Source of the DNA: Tubiluchus corallicola
Taxonomy: Eukaryota; Animalia; Priapulida
Direction: 5' to 3'
Length of the DNA stretch: 64,000 bases
Assembly: GCA_030141605.1 (NCBI GenBank)
Contig: JAQGDQ010000442.1
Coordinates: 131,706 to 195,705 of the forward strand
This document shows positions 28,901 to 42,000 of this stretch, in pieces (positions within the stretch are counted from its first letter, which is position 1; the number at the start of each line of letters is the position of its first letter). A program made the position numbers and the translations under genes. The notes under the pieces are model-generated. The model saw nothing but the letters and a program-made list of their open reading frames with translations. It was not told the DNA's origin and made no database searches.

Positions 28901-31900
28901 AGATGCTTCATTATTCCTGCTTATTAACCTCTCACAAATAAGTAAATATAACATGCAGACTCATGTCTAGTTCTGAGTAACAGAGCCTGTTTAATGTGGC
29001 CAGTTGTGCAATGACTGGAATCTGTCCTATCAGGGACAATCTTCTGAGAGACTGAACCAGCAGAGGTGTCTCTGTCATTTTAGAATGTGAGTACATCCTC
29101 CGTCAAAGAAGAGGATGTGATTTTGCCATATTTTTGTTTGGAATTCAGGTGTTTGATTGGCAGTGGATTGTACATATGATAATTGTACTTCTTGCTGTAC
29201 ATACTAACGTGCCACTTGGTGTAAAGTATAGAATTCAGTACAGCAGGCATACTTCTGCATTGTTTTTTTAAATTTGTTTATAATGAGTAGAGACGTTTTT
29301 GGAATGCTTGCAATAAATATTGTGCCTTGATAACTCATTAACATGCATTTTAATTTTTGTTAACTTTTTAGTTTGTTAACAAAAATCACCAATGTAGATT
29401 TCTAGGTCTAGATAACAAATTAGATTTATTGTATATTTTATGTAGATGTGCTTGGTTTGTTATGATTGTTAATTGATAACATTTTAGCTAACCTGTTTTC
29501 GCTATAATTGTGTTTGAATATTATTTTCAGATTTAAGTACTAATTATGAATTACAGTTTACGCTAACAAGTTAAATTGCTTTCACTAAGTTACTTTTGCA
29601 GGCACCAAATAACTTGTTGTTTAGTTAGCTATTTAACAAGCTTAGCTACTGTTATAGGCAACGTGTTTCAATATTTTAAAGTTATGGCGATCTGGACTAA
29701 TCATTACGTTTACCAGGTTATGTACGTTTTGTAACACTTTTACCTCCACAGACTCTGGAAGCTCAATACATAATTTTATACCACATGCTGCATGCATTTC
29801 ACAATTCACGTTCATTTTAATGATTGTCATTTGTGCATGCTACACATGTGCGTTGTGATCACAAGTTGTGCATGCTACACATGTGCGTTGTGATCACAAT
29901 TTGTCCATGCTACACATGTGCGTTGTGATCACAATTTGTCCACGCTACACATGTGCGTTGTGATCACAAATGTCAAGAGTTTTTTTAATTCAGAAAGAAT
30001 TTGTAATTTGTCTCTTATAAGTGAGTTAAAGGCATTTCTTAATGTTGATGTTCAAGCCTTTTTATTCACGTCTTAAATGTGCCTCTTGTTTAAATTGTAA
30101 ATTTCCAACAAATGACACTGTGTGTGCTCGTGCGTGCATGTATTCAAAATATAGTAACATGTTACTAGTAGCGGATATGTGGTTCTGATTAATGTGTGTT
30201 ACTAGGATAAGAATTCAGACCACCTTTGCTATGCTAGGCCATTAACTTAAATGGTTAGTTCAACCTGTCGTGTAAGCAGGGAGGTGCTGGGGTCGAATTC
30301 TGGTTGATACACAATTTTTAATGCTTCCTTCTTGAAAAAATCAGCAGTTAGGGTAATTGTTGTAAGCATGCTTTGTTTATTCATGTGTTTTTGTCGTAGA
30401 AAGTGTCTGTGTGAGCATGGGCGCCAGTGTAAGAATGAATGGCATGCAGTTCAGTAATTGTTGTGTCATTTTTCTGCTAGCAGACATTGTGATCTATAGT
30501 AGTAAGCTCAATTCACTTTCACGATGTAATATTTCTCACTTGTAGGTGCATTGCCAAGTGAAAGTAGCTTTGGCATGCAGTGTTTGATTCTGAATCATTT
30601 CTTGATGTTCGGTGCTTTTTACCCACGAGGTGGAGCCAGCGAGGTTGCTTTCCATCTTATACCAACTATTGAAGAAGCTGGAGGGCGAGTTTTGGTGCGA
30701 GCACCTGTGACGCAAATACTGGTCAATGCAAAAGGCGAAGCTGAGGGTGAGAGGAAGGCCTTTGTTTATTTCAAAAGCAGGATCTGTTTTTGTATTTCTT
30801 CATTCAAAAATGTATTGTCTGCCTGCTATTCAGTGAGTTTTCTTAGATCAGTGATTCAAAAGCTAAGAGACACTTGACTCCCAGGAGAGCAATCCTAAGG
30901 GGAGGAATTTTTGCCAGGGGAAGCATTGGCAAGGAATTTAAACATTAGGTTTAACTCTATTTTGGGGAAAGAATATGTCTGGTGCAATGTGTCTGTCAGT
31001 TGAAATACTAGTACACAGTGTTGGTATCTCTGCATTCGGCTAATAAGAAGGTTAAAATGGAAGCTTTCTTTGTTATTGTCAACTTTTTCTGAGAAGTTTG
31101 AACATTGTTAGAGCATGTAGGAACTAATACTGAATTGCAAATCAAAACAAAAAAAAAATGATCATGCGTAATTGTGAGATTATGATATTTTAGACTTGTG
31201 TTATTTATGACAATGATACTTATTATTGTATTTATTAGGTGTTCGTGTAAGAAAGGGTGACAGTGACATAGATATACATGCACCTATAATCGTATCTACT
31301 GCTGGAGTGACGAACACATTTAACCGCTTGTTGCCAGAAGAGATCGCAGAGAAGTCAGGTAAAAAGGAACTACTGTTAGTAGAATGATCTACCAAAAAAT
31401 TAATCTAAACTGAAAGTGCTACAAAATGATGCAAATTTTGTCAAGTAGTTTTTTTGTCAAATGAAGAAGTTTAATAAATTCGCAGCAAATTTGTTAGTTT
31501 AAATGTTTCTGCTGCATACCTTAAGATCTGTGAGTTAGGCTAATTAACATTGGCATGTCCAGGTTATTTTTTAAAATTTTTCAAACAACCAGTATACTTA
31601 CAAAAAACAATAATTGAGGATTTCTTCACAACTTCCGGAGTCAAGCAGTTAAGTCACGTAAATGTCCTATACTAACTCATGGAGGTTGGTTGCTAAATTT
31701 GGCTGAACATTGCAGAGAGTATATAGGGAGCTTATAGACAGAATAAAGAATGTTGGTCAGTTACGTAAAGGATATAATCGGTCTAGTTATATTAGGTTTG
31801 AGTATGTCTGGTATTAGTTATTGTACATATTATAATTATTTTGAACTGCAGTTACGTCCACCTTATTATCTTAGTGACACAACATTGCCATGACATTGTG

Positions 31901-34900
31901 AATGTTTGTGTCACAAATGTTTTGTTATAAATACAATATGTTATTCTGCTTCATTAATCTTAAAAAAAACTACTTTTGAAATATTTTTCACCATTTAGTT
32001 CAAATCAAATTCCAGACAATTTGCAATATTTCCATGGCTAGTTAAGAACAGTTTGTGTACAAAATTGTTGTTGTTGGCATCTTTCTGTCTCGGAAGACAA
32101 TGGAGTGTGCGCCAAGAGAGTCAGTTATTGATCACATTGATGGAGCTGCAGCATCGACTGTGGCTGGGCAATCCAAACCTTGAACTACTGGAGTGGCACA
32201 GGGCGCACGTCTGGGCAAGGTGTATGGAGATGCTGAGTTGCCCAGGCAACAGGAACCCCCTCTCTTCCTCCCTGGTGTAGTCCAAAGGAAAGCGGAGCGA
32301 TAGGTTTGGCACTAGGTTGGCTGCAGGAGCTGCCGGAGTCAATGAGCATGCTGCACTGGTCCGCCTTTGGGGCTCCACTCCTGATTTGGAAGCGTCCTAC
32401 ACATGGCCGTTGGGTCACTTGACCTGCTTCGCCCTCTAGCCGGTGGCTGCTTGTGCAGCTCCTCCGCCTAGTGTCGAGATACAGTGTGGGCATCCCGCAA
32501 GCCTACAGCACCTGGTATTCCTAGGCGGTCACCCATCTAAGTACTAACCAGGCTCTACGTTGCTTAACTTCGGTGATCAGACGAGAACTCGTGTTTTCAA
32601 CGTGATATGGCCGTACAAAATTGTAGATTACAAATATAAGCATTTCTTGAAGCACTGCACCTCAAGTCAAACTTTTCCCCAAGAAATGCTTTTCAACATT
32701 TCTGTTTGAAAAGTTGCAAACAATGTCACAATTTTTTGAAAGAGTTGTACGCAGCTGAAATACCTATGTAAATAGCTATTTTTTATTTTAGTATATCATC
32801 TTATTTTTTATTTGTGTACATTGTAGGGTTTCATGGCATGATTCCTCACAGTGGAGTTCGGCCGGGTATTGCTTGCATACAGCTGTTTGTTGGTTTGAAC
32901 GGAACGACAGAATCGCTGCACCTGCAGGCACAGAACACGTGGTACTTCCCCGACGAATCCTTTGATTTAACAGGCGCCATGCAGAAGTACTATGCGTTAA
33001 GCGTACATGAAGCATCCGAATCTCCTGTGCCCTGTACGTTCATTTCTTTTCCGTCAGCGAAAGATCCTACATGGCAGAGCAGATATCCAGGTGTGTTTTC
33101 CTTTCTTGTCTTATTTAAGAAAGTCCAATGACATTTATCTGGCTTAAAGAAAGTGGGCAGAGCCGTAGGTTGGTGCCTCAATATTCTGTTTTGTATTTAG
33201 AGATCTGTGAATGATTGGTTTTCTTATTTCTTTAAATGTGAATGCTCAGATTATTATTAAAATCAAACAAACACATTTTTACATTAATATTTTCCTTTGC
33301 ATGGATAGTACTACCTGTGGAAATAGGTGCGTCTATTCTCCTTTCTCTTTCATTGTTTTCTACAAGTGTCGTCGTCTCCGAGAGGATCAGAAACAAATTT
33401 CTTAATTTTTTATTATTTGGTTGTATTTATGGTAGACTTTATTACAGCTGAACAATCTGCTTAGTGGTCAAAGTGCATTCATAGAAGCAAACATACTTTT
33501 ACCCACTACGGAAGAAATATTTAAGTTTGGAGTTCAGAAATGATTGCCAATTTTCCACATGTGCAAAAATATACAGAGTCAGTGTCACCAATAGCATTCT
33601 AGGGTTCTAGGGATCACAATTCTATTGATAACATTTTTTTCCCATTTTTTATTTTTACTTTTGTTTGCAAAAAGCAACATCATAACTGCACTTGTGGATG
33701 GCTAAATAAACTTAAATATGTTTATATGTCTTGATGCTTCTTAGAGAGATACTTGTACAAATCTGGGTGCTTACATGCATTTCAGGCAAAAGTGCAGCAA
33801 TAGTCATCACGCTTTGTCCATACGAGTGGTTTGAACCATGGGAAAACGAAAGAGTTAAGAATCGCGGTGAAGAATACGAGGCGTTAAAGGCGGGTTTTGA
33901 ACGACAGTTGTTGCGTCGCACGTTCGAACTCTACCCCCATCTAGAGGAACACGTGAGTGACAAGTTTTCTTTTATCCGGGTAGTGAGTTAATATTTGTAT
34001 GTAGATGTATAACAGACAGTCGTAACGGATGTAAAACGACAGAAGTGGCAAAGTCTCCAAACATCTTGGAGATCTTTGTTTAAATTTACGTAAGTGATTT
34101 GCAAAGCAGTTTTGAATTAAATATGCCAGTATGATGATGATTGCAAATTAGTAATTTGTTATTTTATGGTCAGTATTCTGTAGTGTTCCTCCGGATACAC
34201 TTTTTTGCCGGATGTCATCGAATATTTCCTCAAACTTACTTTCGGGTTCGGATTATAACCGGATAGGTTAGCTAAGTTTGGATCGAATATGCGGATCAGT
34301 TCGGATAATGAAAAATTAGTAATGTTTGCAAACTTTAGAGTTTTCATTTAATCTATCACCTTAAAGGACCTAGCCCGAAGATATACCATACACACACACA
34401 AATGAAAAAAGATGTGTGTAAAATTTTCATCTTGAAAACACAAACGTAGGCTAAAACAATCTCAAAAGTTTTTTTGGTAATATTTTAAATACTTATTTTT
34501 CAAATTATTCAAAAACTGTTTGCAGTTGCACATTACGAAAACCGGATAGCGAATATCAAATTTTTATAACTACCGGATAATATCGGATACGAATACCTGC
34601 AAAATCTTGTGAATTTCACCATTTTCGGATACGAATCGGACATGAGGAGCAACACTAGTGTTCTCGTGCTTACTGGAAAAGTTTTTGTTTGTGACTTGTC
34701 TAAATGCCATGTTTTTTAGTGTCTTGATAAGTTTCAATGTTATGAGCAATCTGCATAACACGCTTCAGGTTACAGACAAATAGGTTCATATTATTATGTT
34801 GTTCGATGCAGGTGGAGTATAAAGTTTTGGGCACACCAGTATCACACGCTTATTACGTTGGCTGGAATCGTGGTGAAATGTATGGACTGGACCACCATCT

Positions 34901-35492
34901 TCAGCGGTTTGGTCCTCATGCCAATACGATACTACATCCTCAAACGATGATTCCCAATTTGTATATCAGTGGTAAGTATCTTTTGTCCAAGTTTTTGAAT
35001 GTTGTTATTTTCCTATTTTGTTAAGAGTCATCTTATTATTCATGATAAACAGGTTTTCTTTTCAGCTTCTAGTTCGGGCAGCCACTAGGCATTCAAGCTA
35101 GAGGCTGAGAAAAGTAAGTTCAGGTAATTACCCTTATATAATTCGGCACTGTTATTTATATTTGATGTATTTTTTGGTTTTTTATTTTTCAAACAGGACA
35201 AGACATATTCACCGGAGGACTGTGTGGGGCACTAATGGCAGGAGCTCTGACAGCGTCATCCATTTTGAAACGAAATCAATTCATCGATGTTCTCTGTTTC
35301 CAAGCGAAAAATTTCGTCACTGACTGTTTCTCACGAAACACGAAAAAGGCGTTGGATGATGACGGCGATGACGTGAAAAAGTCGGAGGCAGTTGCAAATG
35401 GTAGACCCAGTTCAGACAATGCTTGCAACAGTCCGTTCAATGGACATGTTCAATCAGAAATGAATGGTTGCACTACTGTTTTAAACGGGTAG
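22960..35492 (+). CDS. RETSAT: All-trans-retinol 13,14-reductase-like protein, paralogue 2, ~676 aa
   Basis: 12 exons: 22960-23167, 23941-24123, 24908-25017, 26095-26214, 27609-27709, 28578-28678, 30546-30746, 31239-31358, 32827-33090, 33786-33952, 34812-34971, 35197-35492. All GT-AG, total 2031 nt in frame. Motifs [13 protein letters not shown]...[29 protein letters not shown]; [14 protein letters not shown]; [10 protein letters not shown]; GQDIFTGG. Confidence 0.95.
23178..23840. mobile_element. MITE with imperfect ~40-bp TIRs and 30-bp subterminal tandem repeats, copy 1
   Basis: Colinear similarity with 49604-50967; repeat unit GTCCTACTTGGGCTAGCCCATGTACGACGC near the right end. Confidence 0.7.
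27230..27530 (+). mobile_element. Decayed RTE-clade LINE 3' remnant
   Basis: GC-rich island translating to [22 protein letters not shown], which resembles the RLxWFGHVxR motif of RTE ORF C-termini, followed by a GR..KTSW-like segment. Confidence 0.6.
29836..29969. repeat. 35-bp tandem repeat, ~4 copies
   Basis: Unit CATGCTACACATGTGCGTTGTGATCACAATTTGTC, containing the palindromes CACATGTG and TTGTGATCACAA. Confidence 0.92.
30237..30310 (+). mobile_element. Degenerate tRNA-derived SINE head or tRNA pseudogene
   Basis: A-box-like TAACTTAAATGG and B-box-like GGTCGAATTC at tRNA-like spacing; no intact cloverleaf. Confidence 0.35.
32069..32615 (-). mobile_element. 5S rRNA-derived SINE (SINE3) with RTE-derived body and (AAC)n tail
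   Basis: 5S head at 32615-32499, ~430-bp GC-rich body, tail ...GAGACAGAAAGATGCCAACAACAAC. Perfect 12-bp TSD GTACAAAATTGT at 32057-32068 and 32613-32624. Confidence 0.9.
32499..32615 (-). pseudogene. 5S rRNA sequence serving as SINE head (not a functional rDNA unit)
   Basis: TACGGCCATATCACGTTGAAAACACGAGTTCTCGTCTGATCACCGAAGTTAAGCAACGTAGAGCCTGGTTAGTACTTAGATGGGTGACCGCCTAGGAATACCAGGTGCTGTAGGCTT is a near full-length metazoan 5S sequence. The first ~3 nt and the oligo-T terminator are missing. Confidence 0.93.
34181..34657. mobile_element. hAT-like MITE with subterminal CGGATA repeats
   Basis: Ends TAGTGTT / AACACTA; degenerate TSD GTATTCTG/GTGTTCTC; many CGGATA motifs near both ends. Confidence 0.6.
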
Positions 35493-35518
35493 TCTTGTAG
35501 AACAGAGAATAGTTAGAC

Positions 35519-35925
35519 CAGGGGTGTGCAAATTATCTGACTAGCCGGGCAACATTAAACATTCCCGCAATTCCTGTCTGCCACATGCAGTTTGGTCAAG
35601 GAGCCAAGTACAGTAGGACCTAATAACAATTTTTTTGCATCCGATTTGTGCACATCATTACTACTACACTCAAGAAACTATTTTAGAAGTTATTAAAATT
35701 TATATTAAAAACCATATATTTCATCATGTCCGACAGTGATATTAAGTGACAACGGTCTTGTAAGGGTTAATGCCATCCGATCTAGAGGAAAAAACTACCC
35801 GCACTATCTTTGCGATATTGGTGCAGATTTCAGCTGGATTGCATGGGCCGCACTTTCATTACGTTGACAAACCTCTTCGCGGGCTGCACAAGATCTCTCG
35901 GCGGGCTGCACTTTGCACACCCCTG
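35519..35925. mobile_element. hAT-type MITE in the RETSAT-2 3' UTR region
   Basis: TIRs CAGGGGTGTGCAAA / TTTGCACACCCCTG; 8-bp TSD AGTTAGAC/AGCTAGAC; starts 26 bp after the stop codon. Confidence 0.85.
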
Positions 35926-36263
35926 AGCTAGACCTTAAACTTTTAATTTTTGTCTGAGCACTAGATGAGATTGTCAAAAATGTCAGCTTGATCCAGATTT
36001 TTAGATGTTCAGTCATGTTTGTTATCCTGGATATTAATGATAATGGAATTATTATTGTTGTCTGTTAAAGTATGATGCCACTTGTAAGCCCCAAGCAATG
36101 CAATGCGGCAGGACCCCTACCCTGTGCAATCTTGGAGACAAAAAAGTGAAGGTTTCTGAAATTAACCCTCCAATTGAAAATTTGGTATTTCTAACATTTT
36201 CAGTTTTTAAACAGGGAATGTGCTGTAAAGTGTGGATTAATCAGCACAAAGTTTTAAACATTA

Positions 36264-36702
36264 CACTCATATCTGGGTTTGCTGGACAAAAACGGGGAGA
36301 AGTCGGTCACAGTTTGTCGAATGTCTGTATTTTCAGATACTATGCTAATACAGTAGATACCGTGTATTAGACTAGCCGTAATGCAGAATCATGTGCCTAA
36401 TTGTCTCAAAAACGTCCAGTATGGGCCGCTTCTATGCAAGTGTATATAAAAATTTTCGCAATTGACTCAAATATCTCCGCTTAATTACTCTAAACCACTT
36501 GCACACGCTAATTAAACCACATAAACACGCTGACATACAACCTACATACATGTCGTTACATGCTGATTGCATGTAAACAAAGTGACGGTCCGCCAACTAG
36601 CAGTCACCTCACAAAACAGTGGACTGTGTCTGTAGCATGCGGGATTTTTTAGTCCAGATTTTGCCAGATTCTTCCGATATCCGGCAAACCGAGATATGAG
36701 TG
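36264..36702. mobile_element. TA-flanked MITE, copy 1
   Basis: TIRs CACTCATATCTGGGTTTGCTGGA / TCCGGCAAACCGAGATATGAGTG; internal similarity to 39961-40313. Confidence 0.78.
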
Positions 36703-37671
36703 TATATAGATGCAAGTCTCGGAAAGAGCAACTATTTTAATTCGCCCATGTGCCCACACTTTAAGACAACAATTGAGTTTGTTCCATTTTCTTAATATTG
36801 GCAATGAAGACGAAAATTAAAAGTTTGTGAATTTTAATTATAATTTATAGTAACTTTTAAAAGTAGTCGGGGGGGGGGGGGTCTTCTGTAGATTTATGTT
36901 GCCAAACACCACCATTTCTTCCATAAAAATTCTGTTTTGTGTTTACAAAACAGAAGCCAAATTTTCCATTTCTTGTTTGTTTATGACTTCGAAGCATATT
37001 TCTCAGCACTTAGCATGACGTATTATGTCGTCCACTGTTCTGCATTATGAAATTGCAATCGTGCCATGACATGGTTTTCCGAATCTCTGTTTACTCTATA
37101 TTATTTTTTGTAATGACTTAAAACACCTAGATGATTAGTATAAATTTATTATTGAAGATGAGTTATGTTAGTAAACAATTCAGATTTCACTATGTGGTTT
37201 TGATTTTTCGTAACATTAAATTTGTTGTGTCGTCACTGTCATAAGCAATTTTTTGTTTGTCTATAATAGTGCAATAATAATGTAAATGTGCAACAGTTGC
37301 ACTCAATGACTACCCCTGTCGATATGTTGTGTTGTTGATAGAACATAGAAAAGAGGGGTATGATTAATAGGGAATCTCGTTTGCTTGCTTCTGGTAGAAT
37401 ACCTCATGACGTCAGCTATGAATCGTGCTTACTTGTGTAGATCCGCAGTGTAAATGCTAATGCAAACATGGAACATCAGCTGTTATGTTCTACATCAATT
37501 TTGAATGTTGTATGTTGTTGTTCCATCCTGAAGGATGATGCTTTTGTTTCTAAGTGAATTCTTGATGTAGATCTTATCAGCTATGATAGCCTATGTAAAA
37601 TACTATTTAGCAATACAGCAAACACAGCAAAAGACTTAGTTAGCTACTTGTTGCTAGGAGTGGTGCTAATA

Positions 37672-38241
37672 TAGGGTTACCATACATCCGGGTTTCCCCG
37701 GACACCTCCTCTTTTTGCGCCTCTGTCCGGGCGGGTTTTCAAAAAATCGGCTGTTTGTCCGGGTTTTGCCTCAATCCGAAAGTATGTACGGATGTTGCCA
37801 ACTGCAGAGGCGTACGAGACAAAGAAAAGCTCGTTAATTTTCAATACATGATGTTGCTAGCATCTCAAAATGCAACCCTGTGTAAAAGCTTATGTAGTGT
37901 ACATATTTACTGAACAAAAGTAAGCGATGCGCACATCTCTGTGGGTCGCACAACTCACACCGCTGTCAATACTCGTCGTATTCGCTAACGACATAAAATG
38001 ACGTCAGCTTCCAGGAGCCATTTTGTTTGTTTTTATGTGAATTTCTTTAAATTTGTACAGTTTCACTGTTTTGAGCAAGTGGTAAAAGTTAATTAACAAG
38101 TAGCAATGCCGAAACGACAGTGTGCATTTACAGATGAAATGAATGCTAAGTACCCGCGTTTTCGTGCAGGTCGATATTACTGGGAAGCCGAATGCTCGAC
38201 ATGTGGTCCTCTTTTTCAACTCAGACAATATGGTAACCCTA
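37672..38241 (+). mobile_element. Non-autonomous hAT (Blackjack-like) element retaining the transposase N-terminus
   Basis: Perfect 13-bp TIRs TAGGGTTACCATA / TATGGTAACCCTA; perfect 8-bp TSD TGCTAATA. ORF at 38106, MPKRQCAFTDEMNAKYPRFRAGRYYWEAECSTC, resembles hAT transposase N-termini. Confidence 0.88.
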
Positions 38242-39036
38242 TGCTAATAGAACTAAGATTTTTGTGTAAGCTCATATTCACTACAAGTTTGCTGCACCAT
38301 GCTGACTGAGCATCTGCAGGTTTAAACGTTTATTATTCCTAAAAGCTGTAATGCCAAAGTCTGTTTATTTTTTGTCGTTAATCTGCTATTGCTCAACACG
38401 TAGGTAACCTTAATGATGTTAAAAACTTGGGGCTAGTTTAGTCTTAACCTTAATGTATAATTTTTTATAACTGTAGTTGCTGCAGTAGGCTGATATTAAA
38501 CTTATTTTGTTAAACTCACCAGTCATCATGAATTTCACTATCTGATACTGGCAATTTGTATTTATGTTTACTTGTGAGACAATAAATGATTCCAAAGAAC
38601 TTGATGTTATCGAATATTTGTTATAGTATTCTAGATACTATTAGTAAATTCATGCAGTAGTTGCATGTTTAATGTACCATTATTATCTTAATCAGCAATT
38701 ATTTATAATTGCATTCATTTCCGTGTTCTATTTAGTATAACTATGAGAAGTGCTGACAATTTGAATACGTAATATAGCAATAAATATAAAACATTCACAA
38801 CAATTGCATAGAAAAAGGATAACATGAATGAATTGACACTAAATTATTATTATGGGTCACTACAATAGTTAAGAGTGAAGAAATAATGTAAAAACGAGAC
38901 TTCATAAAATATTTGTTTATCAAGTAAATATGTGTGAAAAACTATGACATGTTCTCTTGGTAATAAACTGCTATAAGAAATAATTATATGTACGTAGTTG
39001 TACCCGTTTCTCTCAACAGATGCCGCGACAATCGCC

Positions 39037-42000
39037 ATGTGCGTTCGCCGGTGAGACAGTCATGCCTCAACCATGTATTGATTTCTTGCTGTAACCGGTA
39101 TTTTCTAACTTCTTACGTATTATGTTAGATTGGACGAGGTTTCATTCGTTTCTCTTCGTCCAATAGTTATGAGGCTTCCTTCATCCACAATACGTCTGTT
39201 CAGGAAAGTGGGTGTGACTGCATTGGACAGCAATAATCTCTGTCGCCAACATAAAAAGTCAGTAATCTTTTGTTTCGTTGAACTAATAAGTACGCCGTTC
39301 TGTTTCTGCTGGTTTCATTGCATTTTTCTGATGTAAACACATTAATCTACTTTATTTGTTGATCTTATTTAAAGGTTCCTTCATATGACAATGGCTGCTA
39401 TGGGTGAACACATGGAACGTACGAGTGGATCATTCAGAGCAGAAGTGAGTTTGTTTAGGATAGTCATGTGTTATTATTATTATTATTATAGTTAACATGT
39501 GCAGGCCGCAGGCAGGATGTACTTGATTCAGTTTGAAAAGAAAAACACATTTGTCTAAAATGACAGTTACATTTTTATGACACTTAAGTTTTCATTACTC
39601 GACTTTCTATAAAATGTGAATCATCAGTATTTTATTTTGTCTGTATCTGAAATATAACTTATCATATTGATTAACTATACTTCACCATGATTCCAGCCAA
39701 TATAATGTATGTGTGGCACTGTTGCGTAAACTACATTTTCTGTTTCAGTCAAGCTCTAAAGCAACAGTGATATCGGTAACTAATGCTTCCGAGAATGTTA
39801 AATCCTTGACGCTAAAAGTGGAGAATCCTAATTTAACATTCAAAGCCGGTCAGTGGTAGGTTGAAATTAACCAATTTTTAATGAAAAAATAATTTTGTAA
39901 ACGTAAATATGACAGTTAACAGGTCCCAAAACAACTCAATTAATTATGTTTTAACACTTACACTCATATCTGTTTGCTGGACAAACGTGGAATCGGTCCG
40001 AATTTGCCGATTGTCTATATTTACCGATACTAACCTAATTGTCACAAAAACGTCTAGTACGGGCCACTCCAATGCAAAAGTATGTAAAAACTGTCGGCAA
40101 TTGTCTCAAATAACTCCACATGGTTGACTCTATATTTTTATACATAGAGATATACATGTGGTTACACTGATGTAATGATGTAAACAAAGTGACGGCCGGC
40201 CAACTAGCGGTCAACTCGCGAAACAACGGACTGTATCCGTAGTATGCGGGACTTTATGGTTCAATTTTTCCGACAACTGTAGAAGGGTGGTTCGGCAAAC
40301 TGAGATACGGGTGTATTTGCTATATTCTTTAATCGCCAACTTGATGAAACTACGACACATTAAGTGGTGCCATCTAATGGCAATACTTGTAATTAAAGAG
40401 TTTTGCATTTTTAGGGTAGATTTTCGTACTCCCGAAGTTAGTGAAGTTGGTGGATTTTCAATTTGTTCCTCACCCCTAAAACTTCAATTGATGAACTTAA
40501 TAGAATTGGCTGTAAAATCCAGTGATGCAGCACCAGCAACATGGGTGCACGAAAAGGTACAATTTCAAGTCAAGTTATTTTGCAATGTTTATATAAGTGT
40601 TCTAATGTGTAGCTGTCATTTGTTCATTCAAGCGTTTGGCTTGAAAGTAAGTTTTATTACTGCTGCTGATATCACACCGTAAAAATTGATTTTCTGACTT
40701 ATTTTGCAGTGCCATTTAGGTAGTGAAGTTACTGTACGTGTGGGAGGAGATTTCTTCTATGACCCCCTACCAACGGATACCAAGTCTGATTTACTGTTAA
40801 TTGCTGGAGGCATTGGCATCAACCCGCTGTATTCTATGATTCAACATGCAGCTGAGTTGATTCAGTCTGCAGCTGCAGGTGATAGCGTCACACCAATAGG
40901 ATCCATACTTTTACTATACAGTGCTGAGACAAAGGGAGACCTTATACATAAAGTAAGAATTCATAACATATGCTTAGTCCAAAGATACTTACTGTTATGA
41001 TTATTTGACAGTTTTCAGTTTTTATGCTTTAGAATTCTGCTGAAACTTACAAAATGCTAGATGGCTAAATGATAAGAGTGATAGAGATGATTTTATCATG
41101 CTTGTACAATAAATAAATAGTTTTTGTTACAAGTTGAAACAAAAATTGTAAATATACAATGTGCAAGTGACAGTTTTCAAAGTGCTTGTCCAGGTTCGGC
41201 ACTTTAATTTAGAGGACAAGAAAAGGGGTACCTAAAGTAGGTTTCAGAAAAATCGCCTTAAAAAATTATATTACTTTATAGCAATTATAGCGTATATCTT
41301 ACTCGCACTGAAAGGAATTTTAGTTTGTTTTCATTTTAAATCTCCCGCAATACTGTTCCGAAGTCGCCATTACATGACGTCATGTGCCAAACGTAAATCA
41401 AGGGAAGAAAGAGCAATACTAAATTATATCTCAAAAGAATTTCCGTGCAAATCTATATTACTTAGATTTTCGCTTACCTGCTAGAAAGACTTATGTAACT
41501 AGAAAAGAAAATTATTAATTATTTAAAATGTTTTCACCAATTGGTAAAATGTAGCTGACTCACCCTACAGGGTGCACCACTCACTAACCAAAAAACGTAT
41601 TTTTAATCTTATTGACAAGATACAGTAATTTTAAATTTTATTTAGTTAGTGACTTGTGCGCTACGAATGCTCTGATTATTTTTTCAAACTATACAAAATG
41701 TTATCTAAACTTGTTTCAAATGACCTGTCGTGAAAATGGCTGCGTCTAACGGTCATCGCGGGAGTTTAAATTTACATGTTTTATACAGCGTGACTGCTGA
41801 TTGAAGTCCTGCATGCAAAAAGGCAGTATGTAAGTGAAATAAAATTTCAAAACGAATTTTTCAACCTTTATGTTTATGAAGGGTTTTCTTGTGCTTTAAG
41901 TCTTAAAGATTGTATTTCGCTTAAAATAAATTTCAGGTGACTAAAAAAATCAGAAGAAATATGACATTTATCCCAGTCCTTGTTCCTTATGTAATTTCTG

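Noticed and set aside
32499-32615. Functional 5S rRNA gene
   Set aside because: 5' truncated, no terminator, disrupted helix III, and enclosed with a retroelement tail inside a TSD.
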